57,530 bases of DNA, filler included, from Sphacelaria rigidula (GCA_964200075.2; 8 parts of 8 records of this genome joined end to end with filler, not necessarily neighbours in it); one strand, 5' to 3'. Shown: positions 36,661 to 51,160, counted from the first letter of the whole stretch. Notes: generated from the sequence alone by a model not told the origin. Translations and numbers: made by a program.

Positions 36661-38484
36661 CACGCCCGCCTCCGTCGACCCACAATTGTTACCTCAGTTA
36701 GCTTCGAAATGTCAACCAGATTCGCCCTTTACATGTAGCCTGTGGATTATACTCTCATCGCTCTCCCAGTGGATGGTGTGCTCGCCGGGCCCTGTCGAGT
36801 ACGCTAGCCAAAATTGGTGGTCAAAAGTGTGCAGCGTGCAGCCCCAACACCCGCAACAGGTTCGCCTCAACTCATCGTAATACGGAGACGGGCGCAGCTG
36901 CATTGGACAAGTCTGAACGACACAAGACGAAGCATTCATAATCCAACACGCTTGCGTGTATTCACGCCAACAACGCTGTACGCTGTGTCTCATGTCCACC
37001 TAGGTTCACCAAAGCCATTTCAGCGTCCCCGGGAAATGCCGCCTTGTACTGGGCTCGCTCGCTGGCGTGGGAGTCGGCGGGGAAGGGGAGAATGGCCATA
37101 GAAGATGCGGGGGTGGGGGTGGTGCTGAGGCCAAGGATAGCTACGGGGTTTGTTCGACTTTCGGCTGCTTTTGAGTCACAAGGCCGGTATGCTGATGCCG
37201 TTCGTGCGTGTTATCTGGTGAGGCGTTGCCCCGGTGGCTGGTGGCTGTACCATCGGAAGCTGTTATGTACCGTTCACTACCTGGTCGTGCCGCATGTTTC
37301 TGCTCTGTAGTGTTGTACAATATTGTTTCTGTAGACGATTGCAACGGCTGCGAGCATCCTGTTGATTTTATTCATTTGGTTGATTGTCGTACATGAAGTG
37401 ACCCTCGAGGGACTTGGCGGTGGTCGTCATCCACAAAATAGTCGTACACTACCCAAGGTAAAACAAACGGAAATATTTTCTTAAGGAAAGTCAAGAAAAA
37501 CAGGAAACAGATGCAACAGGTAAACAGAGTAGATAGAAGACAAAATAAAATGAGCTAAGAATTGCTGGCCTCTGCGACATGACTTCAGGTGGAAACGGTC
37601 TTGCGCAGATTCAGTGCAGCGTGATAACGCGTTGAATACGTATGATGTACACTCACAAGCTGCGCCCGGTTGTGAGACTCTGGTACAAGTGAAATGAGTC
37701 AGGGCGGAACATCCGAGGGTTTGAATCCCGATCGACGCATTTTTTTTCTCTTTCAGAAGGATCAGAATTGTGTCTTTTAACAACGTGAGGATGTGAAGAG
37801 CAAGGGGAATTGTTTTACAAGAGTCGACGCGGTGCGGGAGTGCTGATAGTAGTCATGATCCAATCCACGATGCCAAAAATGAAAGGGGTGCAGTGTACCA
37901 GGGAGAGGTCGGCTAATCCATTCGAGAGCACGGACCGGTCGTCACGAGAAAGAGGAAACGACAAGAGTATGACAGAAAAAAAAAGAAGATGAAACAAAGC
38001 AAGCTGTCAACCACAGCACGCCTTCCATGGGAAAAAAAGCATATTTCCTTGAGAGATGATCAATCACGAGATACCTGCTGCACACATGACAGGTAGCGCA
38101 GCTCCTGTGCGAATCATCATGTGTGGCGCCCAGAATGCCGGTGTGTGAAAACATCGAAAGCGCACTCCGTACGAAGTGCCGAGACGTTCAGAAAGTGTGC
38201 TCGAGAGCTAGTAGGCCCTTTTTGCATGCCCTCACAATCAGTCTATGACCGAGTACGTGCGTGGGGCCATTTATTAAGGGACTGGTAGGTGTTTGTTTCC
38301 CCCCACGTTGTTGCTGCACAGTACAAGCCCGCTGGCAACAAATCAGCTCGATAACACGTACTTGGACCTCGAAAATCTCGCATTTCGAAAAATCCCCTCT
38401 GAGAAATTTGGCGTTGGTGTGTTCCCCGCGAATAAGAAATGAATAAACGAAGAACAGCGGATTTTATGGTCCCCAGGGAGATCG

Positions 38485-38520
<36 letters not shown>

Positions 38521-38799
38521 ACAAACAACAACACCCCAAGCCCAAAAACAAAAGAAAACAAANNNNNNNNNNATTTGGTGTTGGTGTTTCCCCCCGGAAA
38601 AAAAAAAAAAAAACCCCAAAACCCCGGTTTTTTAGGGCCCACGGGAGGAGCCCCCCCCCCCCCCCCCCTCTCCACTACGATAGAACACAAAGCCAGAGAC
38701 GCAATGGACACGGACTAGAAAATGCGACTACGAGAGAGACCGCTACATTCTGTACTATATAGGGCTAGAGCATGGATATGGTAAAGAAATGGAAGTACG

Positions 38800-41700
38800 T
38801 ATATGCGCGGAGGACGTGAGAGTTACAGGTCCTTGCTGAATGTGGACAGGAAGTCAAGAGACGAGAGGTGAAATAAATAGGCGGGGTGGGAGGTTGTGCA
38901 AACGGAGGGTAGATGAACTAGAGATGGATGAAAAACAGCAGGGTTTCCAAGAAGAGATGACAAAAAATGCAGTGAAATTTTCCGAGCTGTTGGAACGCGT
39001 AGGTACCGTTGATACCGAAATGAAAAAGGATCGGGCAGGAGCGAAGATTTTAGAGGGGTGGGAGCAGTTGGCCAAGAACATAGCGAGTAAAGTCATAGAG
39101 AAGAAACTGATCGTATGCAACAGAGCAGCAAAATGGTGGAATGAGGAAGTAAGGAGAGAGGCCCACGCCAGATGTATATCGAGTAAAACTACGGTAGGAT
39201 GGGAAGAGTATACTAAAGCTCGAAACAAAGTCAAGAATATGGTACAGCAGAAGAAGAAAGGAGTATGGGTAGATGTAGTATTTAAAATAAATGAAGATTC
39301 CGATGGCGGGATGAAACAAATGTGGGTGAGGATTAAAGGGATAACGGGAAACCAGGCAGGAAAGATAGACAAAGGGATAGTCACACGACGGGCACAACAC
39401 GGTAAAATGGTCAGTAGTTCGTAGGGGAAGAGAAAAGTGCTAGTCGAGCACTGCAGTAAAATAGAACACCAAAAACTAACGCAAAGTTCGACACGGAAGT
39501 CAACAGAGAAATCAACATGTGGGCAGAGGCAAATGTAGAGGCGTCAAAATGGGAGGATAGTGGCTCCGAAAAATTGCAGAGATAATGTACGAGAGATGAA
39601 GTAAAGGAGTTTGTAGCTAAACTCAAGAAGAGAAAGGCAGCAGGGGCAGACTGAATAGCGAATGAATTTCTAAAACACGGGGGAGAGAGAATGATTACCG
39701 TGATGGTTATGCTGTTTATCTGGATCTGGGAAAACGAGTACACACCCAAGAGGTGGAGAGAAGGAGTCGTGGTCAACCTTTTCAAGAAAGGAGACAAGGC
39801 TGACCCAGGGAATTATAGAGGGATAACGCTAGTGAGCACGGTAGGGAAAACATTCTGCAAGATTCTGAACGATAGAGCATAAACGATTATAGAGGTAATG
39901 AATACCATGATGGTAATGCTGTATAACTGGGAAAACGAGTGCACACCCAAGAGATGGAGAGAAGGAGCAGCGATCAACCATTTAAAAAAATGACAGAAGG
40001 CTGAACCAGGAAATTATAGAGGGACAACGCTACTGAGCATGGTAGGGAAATCATTCTGCAAGATTCTTAGCGATGAAGTAGGAACGATACTACGAACGAA
40101 AGAAAAAAACAGCGAGGGCCAAGAAGGCTTTAGACCAAACCGTAGTTGGGTAGAGCATGTAAGCACACTAGGTAAGATTATTCAAGGTAGGAAATACACC
40201 GGGCTGACAACGTACTGTTTCTTTTTGGACAATCAAGAAGCTCATGATACAGTATGGAGAATCGGGTTCTGGAAAAAGTTGTGGGAAACTGGGATCAGAG
40301 GAAAGATCTGGAGAATGGTAAAGGTGATGGGGACAGAATGCGCCAAAAGTGCCATGAAGTTAGACGGGGGAATATCGAAGTATTTTGAAATTTTACAAGG
40401 AGTTGCACAAGGATGTACGCTATCACCCACTCTATTCGAGGTACTACTCATTAATAGCCTGATCAAAGCAATAGAAGCGGCGAAGCAAGGAGCCAAGGTG
40501 GGTGAAGATATAGTCCTTAGGATTGATGCTCACGGATGGATTTGTTGGGATTTCAGGAACACCGTAAGGATTGCAGAAACAAGTAGAGAAGGCGATAGGA
40601 AATTGAGAGTGACAGCGAACGTTAACAAATGCGTGGTACTCGTCTGTGGCAAGATAAGAAAAATCCAGTAGAGTTTTGACGAAAGTGGGGAGAAGAGGAA
40701 CTGCCGATCGTAGACCAGTATGCATACCTTGGCGTAGAGATCTCAAAAACCTGTTCTTGGGATGCACACAAGAACGAAGTAATAGAAAAGGGTAGGGCAA
40801 ATATATGCGGGATAGACGTGATCCTCGGAGACTCGCACCTAGATACTCGGATATAGACATTTATCCTGATTAACGTGATTGTACCATAGCTGGAATATGC
40901 AGGAGAAGTACGGGAGGGGAACACGACGTTTTTGAAGCTGCTGGAAACAGTACAGATGGCAGCAGCTAAGAAAATACTTGGATGCTCGAAAACGACGAGT
41001 AATACAGCATTGAGAGCAGAGTTAGGAATGTACTCACTTGAAAGAAACAGAGACATAAGAAGATTGAGATGGTAATATAGCGTAAAGAACATGCAGAAAA
41101 AGAGATTACCAGCTGTGGTTGATGAGGCTGTCTGGAAGAAGGTAACGAAAGGGCAGAGACTGAAATAAGTTAAGAGAGAGAAGTCGAGGAAGCATGGAAA
41201 GAGATAGGAGGAAACGAAGACGAAATACTGTCCATAGGTGAAGATGCCGGGTACAAGACAAAAGTAAGAAAAACAAGCGCTCAGACTCAAAGTAGACGAG
41301 GAAGAGTACCTGAAGATATACGAGGGGTTGGGAGAGGGGATAGGGATGAAAACATATCTGCATGGCCCAATGGACGCGGCGAAAAGTTTGAAACTGCGAT
41401 TTCGGGTGGGAGACCTGGATCTGCCAGAAAAAAGGAAGAGATATATCAGTAGTCGAGAGGAGGAGGAAGTGGACGCATAGAAATGCCCCTGTGCATAAGA
41501 ATAGAGAGCAGAAGTCATATAGCGGCAGAATATGGATTATACACGGGGGAACAGAACGTGCTAGAGGAGGAAATAAGGGACGTGAAGGAAGGTGGCATGA
41601 AGTCGTTTGATGCATTGGAGAGTAGGGGGGAAACGACGGCCATACTAGGAGATAGATGGTGGTCACAGATGGCGAAACAGGATGGGCATTAGACATGCAA

Positions 41701-41860
41701 AAGGCTTTTGTGTCATGTATGGTAAAAACTTGATGAGCACGTAAATGTTGGAGGTGTCTCTATTAGCAGTAGGAACGGTGCTCCATCTCGAAAGGGATAC
41801 GTGGTCGATGGTCAAGCAACAAAGGCAAGCAACAAATGAGTACGCCCCCCCCCCCCCCCG
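38800..41860 (+). mobile_element. LINE family A, about 3 kb, degenerate
   Basis: KWWNEEV, YRGITLVSTVGK, QEGFRPNRS, QGVAQGCTLSPTLF, LEYAGEV, CPCA..ESRSHIAAE. Ends AAATGAGTACG followed by C14. Confidence 0.93.
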
Positions 41861-43059
41861 CCCTCTCCCCTCCCCGCCCCCCACCTACTGGGCGGCGGTG
41901 TGATATACTTAAATTTTATTTTTCCATCTCCCAGCATTCCGTAAATTGTCGAGGCGGGAGATTATATCACTCTAAATTTCACTGAGGTGCGTGGCTTGAA
42001 TTTCGTTTTGTATGCGGTCGCCGCCGCGCCTCGGTGGTCTATATTGAAATGGTACGACTGAAAATAGGTAGGGTGGAAAATTGGGGATTCCGAATCACGA
42101 CGGATGTGGGTCCAGTTTTTCTTTCTCTCTCTGATTCTCTGATTTTCTCCGGTGACAACGTGAGGGTGTGATTGGCGAAGATAATTCAATGGTTTGAAGA
42201 GAGTCAATGCGGTGCAGGAGTGCTGATCCAGTCCGTAGCATCAATGTGCAAGGCGTGTACGGGGGGAAAGGTGGGTTGATCCCTTCGACACTACAGACTT
42301 GTCTTGTCTCGAAAAAGTGGAATGGTTGAAAAATTAACGGAAATGAAAAAATGATATATTTGTGTATATTTATTTGCATGGCGAATTTGTTTCATAGCAG
42401 AATATAGGCCTGGAACCCCTTTCTTTTGTTTTTTCTGATGCACATTCCGTCTCCATGGGGATTAAGGTTATCTTGTGGTGAGAAATTCACGAGGAGGCTG
42501 AGAAGACCTAGCTGATCAGGGTTGACTGACTGTCAGGGCGATGGAGTGACATGTATCAAGGGGTACGAATGCTGCATCAAATCAGACACACGGATGTGTA
42601 CTATGAAAAATTACCGTTTTTAACCCTGGTGGCGAGAAGAAATTGATGTTAAAAATATCATGCTCATTGCAATCCCCAAGATAAGGTTTTGACCTTTCTA
42701 CTGTAGCCGACACGAGCGTGTCTTCATCGGCGAGCCCATACTGTAGCATGACAGCTTCGCAGCAGTAATGATCGTTGGGCGTCTAGAGATTTTTATGGGA
42801 TGTGTGTGTACGCATATTCGTGTTTCCTCATTACACATCTTTGCATATCCTCTTGACGAAACAGTGCATCGCAACCTTCACATTCGTAACTGCCGTTCGT
42901 TGTCGCTAGGGCATGAGATGTGGCGATTCCAACAGCAGCAACACGGACCTGGGCAGACGAATGGCGCGCGCGCGAGTCGCGGGACAACTGCCACCTGTGG
43001 ACTGGAAGCCAGTAGAACGACGAGAAAGGTGCTGACATAGTACCCCCCCCTCCCCCGCC

Positions 43060-43124
43060 GTTCTTGTGTAATGTACGGAAGAAACGTAATGAGCTACGGA
43101 AGGAAAGTAATGAGCGCCAGAATG
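43060..43124 (+). mobile_element. LINE family A, short 5'-truncated copy cut by the scaffold end
   Basis: TTGTGTAATGTACGGAAGAAACGTAATGAGC...GCGCCAGAATG matches 13530-13575. Confidence 0.7.
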
Positions 43125-46100
43125 NNNNNNNNNNNNNNNNNNNNNNNNNNNNNNNNNNNNNNNNNNNNTTAATTAATTAANNNNNNNNNNNNNNNNNNNN
43201 NNNNNNNNNNNNNNNNNNNNNNNNCGGCGTTGTAGGGATGCGAGGTCAATGGTCTTATGACTATGGCATGCATGATCATGAGTACACCCCATGTGACTTG
43301 TCACTCGAGGACAAAAGGTGGCCTGTTGAGCACACAATCTCCTTGCTGTAGCATGTCTGTGTCGAATTGACAGCAGCTATTCTGCAAATCATAACGGAGA
43401 GGCACGCAATTTCGATACTTGTGTTTTCTGCTCTTGTCCCCGTCGAATCAGCAGCTGATTTTTCAAAGCATATGGAGGGGAAATCATGCGGTCTCTCTTG
43501 ATTCGTTTGTTTCTTCAGTGCTTGTTTCTGCGTTAATGTCACCCGGGTCATATGTTCACCTTGTGCTTAATTTGAAAAATGACGACAATTACGTATTTTG
43601 CGCCAACACCTCCCACCGGACACTTGGCTTGCATTCCGTTGGACATCAAAGCGCGTTCTGTTTCAGCTTGCGTTTGAAGTATTTTTGGCTTTTTGCATTG
43701 TGTTCGGCATGGTATTTGGCGTTGCGATGTACCCTGTACAAAGCTCTCACTCTCTTTCTCGTCTCGATGGACTCTTCGACCGTTCAAGGCACCGTCATCC
43801 ATCTCGACCTGTCTTCGTTCACGGAGTCGGCATCATGTTCAGTTGAGAATCCCCTCGCTTCATGCTTACGGTGAAATCGGTCAGCGCGCCATCGCTCTCC
43901 ATTAAACACAATCGTCCTCTCGGGGGAGGGTTGGCACACGTGGTGATCTCATCTTTTTAAGAAGAACTTGATGACATTTTGTGCTTTCGGTGTTGTTCTG
44001 ATGACTATTTCAGGAATCGGAATTGGAGGCAAAGGCACGAGAATCAGAGATACGTCCGGACGTGGAACGAGGAAACAGTGGCAGTACAGTCGGAGAGGAA
44101 TTGAAGGAAGAGTTTTGCGCGCGGTCATCAGCTCCGAGCGCCGAGGGTAGTGACTGTGATACTGACCGATGATCACGGCGCTGTACATACACTTGTATAA
44201 CTTATGTATCTGGTATTGTGCTGACTGTTTTTTTTTGCCTTCGGTATGATGTTTTGTCCTTTTCGTTCCCCTGATCATTTTACGTTGAGCTGTTCATTCC
44301 GACCAGTTGTATTGATTCAATGGTTGTTCTCTTACTTGGGTGTATTGATGCTTCTGCTTGAGCTTTGGTCTCTCCCTTGGTGCGGTTGTTCGGCGGCATT
44401 TGAGTGAGTGTATCGGCCCAATTGACGGCTTGTCAGAAGCAAGGGTAGAATAATCGTGATCGTTTTGTCATTTTCTTTGTCAATCATTTGTGTATTTACG
44501 GTCATACTTTCGTTTCATGGATGAACGATTTGATGACTTTCATCAATCAGCGTATGCTGAATGTTTTGTATGCATCTCCGATCGCGCCGTTTTGATGAGA
44601 AGATCGTAAATGTAACATGGGAAGTTGGTCACTGCAGTGTGCAGTGTTGCTGTGGGTCATACCACAGCTGGGAAAACGGAGCCATGGTTGTACCTGAACG
44701 TACATGCCCCGACGCAGATGTTGCTTCCGCGTACTGGCCGTCTCATCGTGTTTGGCGTGCTGTTGGCTTCCTTATATTCTCTTCCCGTGGGACTTACCTT
44801 GCCCGCGCTGCTTCCTGTTCTCGCCAGCGTTTCTTTTATACGGTGCATTTTGCGCGACAAACCCTCCGTGTGTCTGTGTGTCTGGTGAACAGTTGTATGG
44901 TGCGCCGTGTTTATGATGATGAAAGGTTTACTTGGTCTCCCTTCAGCGCGTTTCTCATACACATGTTTTTGTTGTTTGCAACGTGTATTTCTGCGACGCT
45001 GGGGTTCGCCCGGTCTTTTTTGTGAGTGTTTTATGCTGGGCACACTCCTGCCGAAGGGGGATGGATGTATCCGTATCTAGAATATAGCTTGATTTTGCCG
45101 TCTCGGTGCACAGGTTGATGCTGTGGAGGAAAGTGGGATGTTTATAGGTTGCGCTTGCGGTCAGCGAACTGTTTGGTTGAGGTACTTAGTTCGTGTTGAA
45201 AGAACGATGACGATCAGCTCAGGTGTACAGCATTTCAACCTTGTTCTCGCGCTTTGGCAGTGCGACGGCGCACAGGTCTGCGAAGTCACTATGGAAGGGA
45301 GTTGTGGGCAGGCCTTTAGTGAGAGTTATAGGGGTAACCAACTTGGCAAAATCTACTTGACATGATGTTTTCTTCTGGGTGCACGCAAAACTTACGTGGG
45401 TTCAAGACTGCATCATACCGTGGGGATACAGTACAGTGGTCGTTCCAGCATTGTACGGCGGGTCACAAGCACCGCCGGTTACCGCAGTATGCTGGAACCC
45501 CGCATAACACTGGTGGAATTCAATCAGTTGGTGTCAGCATAGCGAATCGGACGTGTGACAAGTGAGGCGCCTGACCGCACTGTGCTAGGATCCAACCTTC
45601 CACTCGTATGGTACGACACACGAGCATGTTTTCCAATTTCCTTTCAGCCAGCATTAAACGGTTGGAACACGTTACCTCACCTCTCTTTCATACGTGATGA
45701 GTCATCGTTACATGTTTCTCCCATCCCATCCATGAAGCATGTATCACAAGTACATGTTCCCCACCTTCCATTTATTCGAGATGGATTAAGTTGACAAATT
45801 CCTCACTTTTCATTTACGCAGCATGAGTCGGTCATAAGTACATGTTCTCCACGTTCTTTTCATATGACGTGAATAATGAGACGATGTTGTTTGCCACCTA
45901 TTATCTCATGGGGCACGACTCTTCGGTGGCTTGAACTTTTTGCAGGTGGGGTGGCAAACAAGAGCGTACAGGTCGCAAACCGCTTGAGGGCCAAATCCGG
46001 AATAAACCAAATGATTTTCTGATACTTTTTACGTAGCCAGGGTTGCATATCGGACCGAGAAAAAAGTTTGATAGATATTCTTAGAATATCGAAGCACAAC

Positions 46101-46252
46101 CGACGATACCGATATTTTGGTCGATCTTCCGAATGTGACACGATACGTACCGAGTATCGATACTCGATACGATACGGCTGTTTTGGTATGGCCGCAGTGT
46201 ACAGGACCGAGTAGTACACTGGCACACTGACACCCCCACTCACACTAGTGTA

Positions 46253-47080
46253 GGGAAAACCTCATGAATCACCCGTTCAAAAACAGTGTGACTCCTCACG
46301 TATCCGGCCGTTGGCTCCCATCTGCAGATTGCGCTGAGCGCAGTCCCACCAGCCTCCACAAGAACCTAAGCCGACGTGCGGATACGACATGTCCTCCCTA
46401 CGCTCTCCCCCGCCACACCAATGCAATCCATTCCGTAGGGGCAACACACTTCCGTGCACATGTGACCGACAACTTAGTTTCGGCTCCAATTCCGGCATCC
46501 AATCCTCTTCGTTGACACATGGCTGTACTACTCTTCACGTATCCATTCATTTACCGTATGTTACCGTATCCCTTTCATTGCCACTATTTTAATGTAGCAT
46601 CCATCATGTAACTCGGCGTCATGAGCCGCCTTTCCCCAACGAGATCTCTACTCGTCCCTCTAATCCGTGCCCTGACCAGGCTACTGATCCCACTTCTACG
46701 CCGATCGGCGAAATCTTCTGACCCCAAACCGCAAATAGCATTTACTCGAACCTTATTTTGCAACATCCTTAAGGTCATTCCTGCTGCGGACAAGTGTGTG
46801 GTGCCACCGATGCACAACTCTGCAGCCGATAGCCCAGCCAACACCGCCACTTGCCGCAACGTAGTCACCGCATCATACCGAGTCCATACCAGAATTCCCC
46901 CGTTGTTCCAAAGACGTCGACGCAACTGCGTCTTTCCCCCATAAAATGTCAAATCACTTCTTCTACGCACAGGTTTACTGGGTGATGGGAACAAAACAGG
47001 ATGTGTACACATCCCGTGTGATGTCGTCAAAAGGAAAAGGAGGCACAGATACACAACTACAACACGTGACCACCCGAGCC
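46253..47080 (-). mobile_element. DIRS/Ngaro-like tyrosine-recombinase retroelement remnant plus terminal repeat
   Basis: ORF 46584-47084 has RRSDLTFY..QL...W and VWTRYDAVTTLRQVAVLAGLSAAE(L)CIGGTTHLSAAG, a decayed YR box II (HSLRIGGAT) region. It is followed directly by the 46253-46565 repeat. Confidence 0.65.
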
Positions 47081-48234
47081 CCACGCAAGGAACAAATGTT
47101 CCCCATCCAACAGCGCCAACAATGAAGCGGCCGTCAAACTCGTTGCTATGTTCTCATCACAACTCGCTTACGTTTCAATTCCATCAACGTATTCTTGATG
47201 AACGAATATCCCTAGTACGTTTTCGCAGACGACCGCGCAATGACATTTTGGACGAGCCCGAGTCCAAAAGCCTGAACACGGATGCCTCCACTTTGTCCTG
47301 ATGACCTGCATATGCCATTGAATACCGGGACAGTGGGACAAAAGGTTAGCGGAAACATCATCCATGGGCCACCACAAATTGCTTCAGCCACATCATCATT
47401 GAAATTCCTGGAACATGCTTCGTCTCAACACCAAGCCCAAGTCGATTTCCAGCACACCAAGCATGCGTATCACGGCACCCGAACGCGGCTCCCTACCACT
47501 CTGCGCTTATTCATACCCACATTACGGCGTACGAGTTGTCTCCTTACAACCGCACGCAACCAGCACGTAACCGTGGACGTCTCCTGCGCAGAAGAAATAT
47601 TACCGGCGCCGACATTATTACCGTACCCAATCGTTCCATTACATTGGTCGAATATCATCAATCGCGACTTCGTCGCCGCCCTCTTTAAAAACATCCCCTG
47701 TCACAACACGGGACGGGGAGGGGCGGCACCCCAGTCGATGCGGGCCCAATACCACCACCCGCGACATCGTCGCCGCCCTCTTTGAAAATCATCCCCCGTC
47801 ACAGCACTTGACGGGGAGGGGCGGCGCACCCCAGCCGATGCGAGCATGCGGTAAACAAAATGCACCAAGGCCGACATTTCGCTTTTTGCATCAAACGAGG
47901 TTCGCTCAGAAAACGAACATGACCATAGAATAAGGGTCTCGCCCCAAACATCATTCGCCGTCTGGGAAAAAAAAAACTTCCACCAGTATACCGTCATCAA
48001 CATAGATGCACATGCAAGAGGGGTGGCCAACCCTGCCGCCACCCTCCCAGAACTGCCTTACCGCTCACGGACAGAGTGGCAATGCGCCCCTGTCGCCGCC
48101 GTGCTATCTTGACGGACTGAGCTGCACGGCGGCCGATGTCTGCCATCGCATGCGCGGAAAAAAGAAGAGGATGTTAGTGTACGAATATTCGAAGGCAGCC
48201 GTCATCAAGCCGTGAAGTCCGGGACTGCTGCCAG

Positions 48235-48380
48235 TTGATTTGATTTGGTTCGATTGCCGCAAATTTAACGACCCCCCAAGATTTGATTTGATTTGATTTG
48301 ATTGCGGCAAATTTAACGACCCCCCAAGATTTGATTCGATTTGATTTGAAAGCCGCAAATGAATCGACCCCCCAAGGATC
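48235..48380. repeat. Three tandem units of about 50 bp built on GATTT
   Basis: (TTGAT)n-GC(C/G)GCAAAT..CGACCCCCCAAG, three times. Confidence 0.85.
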
Positions 48381-48487
48381 CAACGGCGGTTACATGATAG
48401 ATGTACCCGAGACCAAACAACTGAAACACTTGATGAAGAAAATAGGGGGAACAGAAAAGGTAGGACAGAACAACAGAGGAGACTTGA

Positions 48488-48590
48488 ACAGCTGCGCCAC
48501 CCGAATTCTAAACACAGGTAGCCACAGCCACAGAGGAAACAGAAACAGCTGCGCCACCCGAATTCCAAACACAGGTAGCTACAGCCATAT
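48488..48590. repeat. Tandem duplication (AACAGCTGCGCCACCCGAATTC.AAACACAGGTAGC.ACAGCCA, twice)
   Basis: Direct observation. Confidence 0.85.
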
Positions 48591-50913
48591 CCCCGAATGC
48601 ACAGCCGAAATACGCGGCGCGTGCCGAGTCCACAGCACCTGGCGAAAACGCCCCTTTGACATCGAGTACAGTATACTAATCACAATGCGCGCTGAGGGGC
48701 CAAATTTTACAGCAAGGACACAGTAAGTAGCAGGACATTTAGAACAATACCCGCCTATCTCACAAGGTAGTGCCTGTAGAACTTCGGAGTCCGCGTCAAC
48801 ACTCGTGTGCGGCGATGAACCAGGGAAAAGATCGATAATAAATGATACGAGATATATGGTGCACTACAATCCCCAATGTGGGCACACGGAAATTTGTAAT
48901 ATCCAAGACCCGCCTCACGTCAAACGCCAGCGCGAATGCCTCATTCAGGCACACACGCCATCATATGACCCACACACCCTATTGCATGAGCCAAATTCTC
49001 ACGTGCCATGACATCAATGGGTACCCCCAGTTGTGACACACACGCCAACAGACAAATTCGAGGAAACCTCTTCCAGTCGCGGAACTATGGACGGGTGCTT
49101 TGCACATCCACCTGAGACCCAAATAAGTCCTTGCCTATACGGGTGGCAATCATCCCAACATCACCGCCATACATACGCAACAAGGTAGCCTGGTGAGGTG
49201 CGGGACAGCCGGTATTCCACAGTCAGGATACGCAATTGTCTTTCTATACCTTTTCGAACACCCCGGCAACGCCGAAACCACCATAAACACGTACATTCAA
49301 CATACCAGAATATAGGCGAGCCATAGAACCAGACAGCAACAGCTCATTGTTGTGGTGATTGCCTTAGCTGCCGCCCCTGAGCACCACGCGCCACCTCCAA
49401 CGGGAATGAGAGCGGTACGACCGGCGAACCGGACTTGCAGTGTCCATTATCATCCCAACCAGCACCTGCAAATTCGCCCTGTCGTCCTAGACCTGCAAAT
49501 TCGTCGTGCCGCGTTAGCGCCCGGCTAGCGCGCCAGGCTCTCCTTATCATGCAGCCGGCCTGCCTGACGGCACCACGGCCGGACGGCGTAGCTACGCCGG
49601 TGCCACATCATCAGATACATGCGATCTGCTGTAGCCGCTGTTGTAATAGAGCCAGCGCTGGGAGGCCAGCCGGTTCAACACTCCTCGGCTCAACACGTTT
49701 TTCACCAGACGAGCCGCCGCCTTGTTCGCGAGCTGCATCACTGCATCGCCAAGATTTCTACACCTGCATTGGTATCGTCCAGTTCAGTCTCGGTCAAATC
49801 GACGCGGCTGCCCACGTTGTCCAAAAGTCGTTCGATTCAACAACCTGCTTATCCAACGCGATAGTCCGAGGTATCAAAGGCTCACTGCTGTAATCTCGGT
49901 TCAACTCGACACGATCCGCCTTGCTGGCAAACAACTGTCAACGCCTGGAGCTGATGCAGAACTATGTCCGTGTATCAACTCCATGAACATGGATGTGGAA
50001 TCCTTATTGGAGGGTAGACTTGGGGATGTGTCGACTCTCTCCCCCTAACCTTTGTTTGCCCTGTCCACCCGCCCCGGGGGCCTGACTTCGTGATTCGGTG
50101 ATGCCGTCCTGATTTAACAGCGGATCCTAATTCTTGGAGTTGAACTAAAATATGAGGTTTAACCCGCAAATCGCTTCCGTTGGGAAAATACCAAACAGTA
50201 ACACAGAAGGAAAGTATTTCCCCCAAAAACTCCGCAGGAGAAGTTGGGCGGTTCGAGCCAGGTGCGCCCAACGAATGCGGTGTACACACGTGTCGATGAC
50301 GATATCACCAGAGAGAGAAGCAACGACNNNNNNNNNNNNNNNNNNNNNNNNNNNNNNNNNNNNNNNNNNNNTTAATTAATTAANNNNNNNNNNNNNNNNN
50401 NNNNNNNNNNNNNNNNNNNNNNNNNNNGGTCATCTGATGCGGACGCCTTCCGTGGTCACAGGCTAGCAGAATAAACCAAAATAAAATAAAATAGATCCAG
50501 GGGTTGGCCTCTCATTTTCGACGCTTTTTTAGCGGCTTCTTTTGAAACTCCAGAAGGAAGAAAATGTATATATACTGTGGAGATGCCACGTAAGCCAGAG
50601 GGGGAAAGCAACCTTCATATAATCGAAAAACGATCAGGGAAAGGGGGTAGGGTCTGGCCCCGCAGAAATGAGCTCGAAAAAAAATACCTGCCCCCCCCCC
50701 CCAGAAGCTCCCCAGGAAGGAAATGGGTCTTGAGGGAAAAGCTCAACAGAAAAAAACTCTTTTTGGGCTCCACAATATAAAATTGGGCTTTTGCGACTGA
50801 AGTCTACGGAGCGAAGACCTAGCAGTATCGTACCATACCGTACCGTAACTTGGGGTGTGCATCGCAGGTGATGCTTCTTTCCTGGAGAGAGATTTCCGCG
50901 AGAGCGCCATTAA

Positions 50914-51160
50914 CCCTTCTGGGACTAGACCCCCACTATCCAGGGGGGAAGACCTGGACCCTGCGTGAATCGGCATTATTTTCAGCCGTTTTCAAGTGAA
51001 AATGATGCCGATTCACAATGGGCTCTCAGCCCTGGTTAGTTGCCAATCTCACAAGGGTTGACCATTCGACCGCGAGCCTACAGGTCATCTGTAGAATCAG
51101 CGTCAATTTCGCTTGAAAAATTAGTGCATGGTCAGATGACCTACTCTCGCGGTCAAAGGG
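50914..51160. mobile_element. Two adjacent piggyBac-like MITEs (50914-51057 and 51062-51160)
   Basis: TTAA|CCCTT...AAGGG|TTGA|CCATTCGACCGCGAG...CTCGCGGTCAAAGGG|TTGA. Confidence 0.8.

Noticed and set aside
43225-45900. Possible decayed retroelement or gene
   Set aside because: No motif could be identified with confidence. A translated homology search is needed.
48235-48380. CRISPR-like array
   Set aside because: The units are contiguous tandem repeats without unique spacers, the context is eukaryotic and there are no cas genes.
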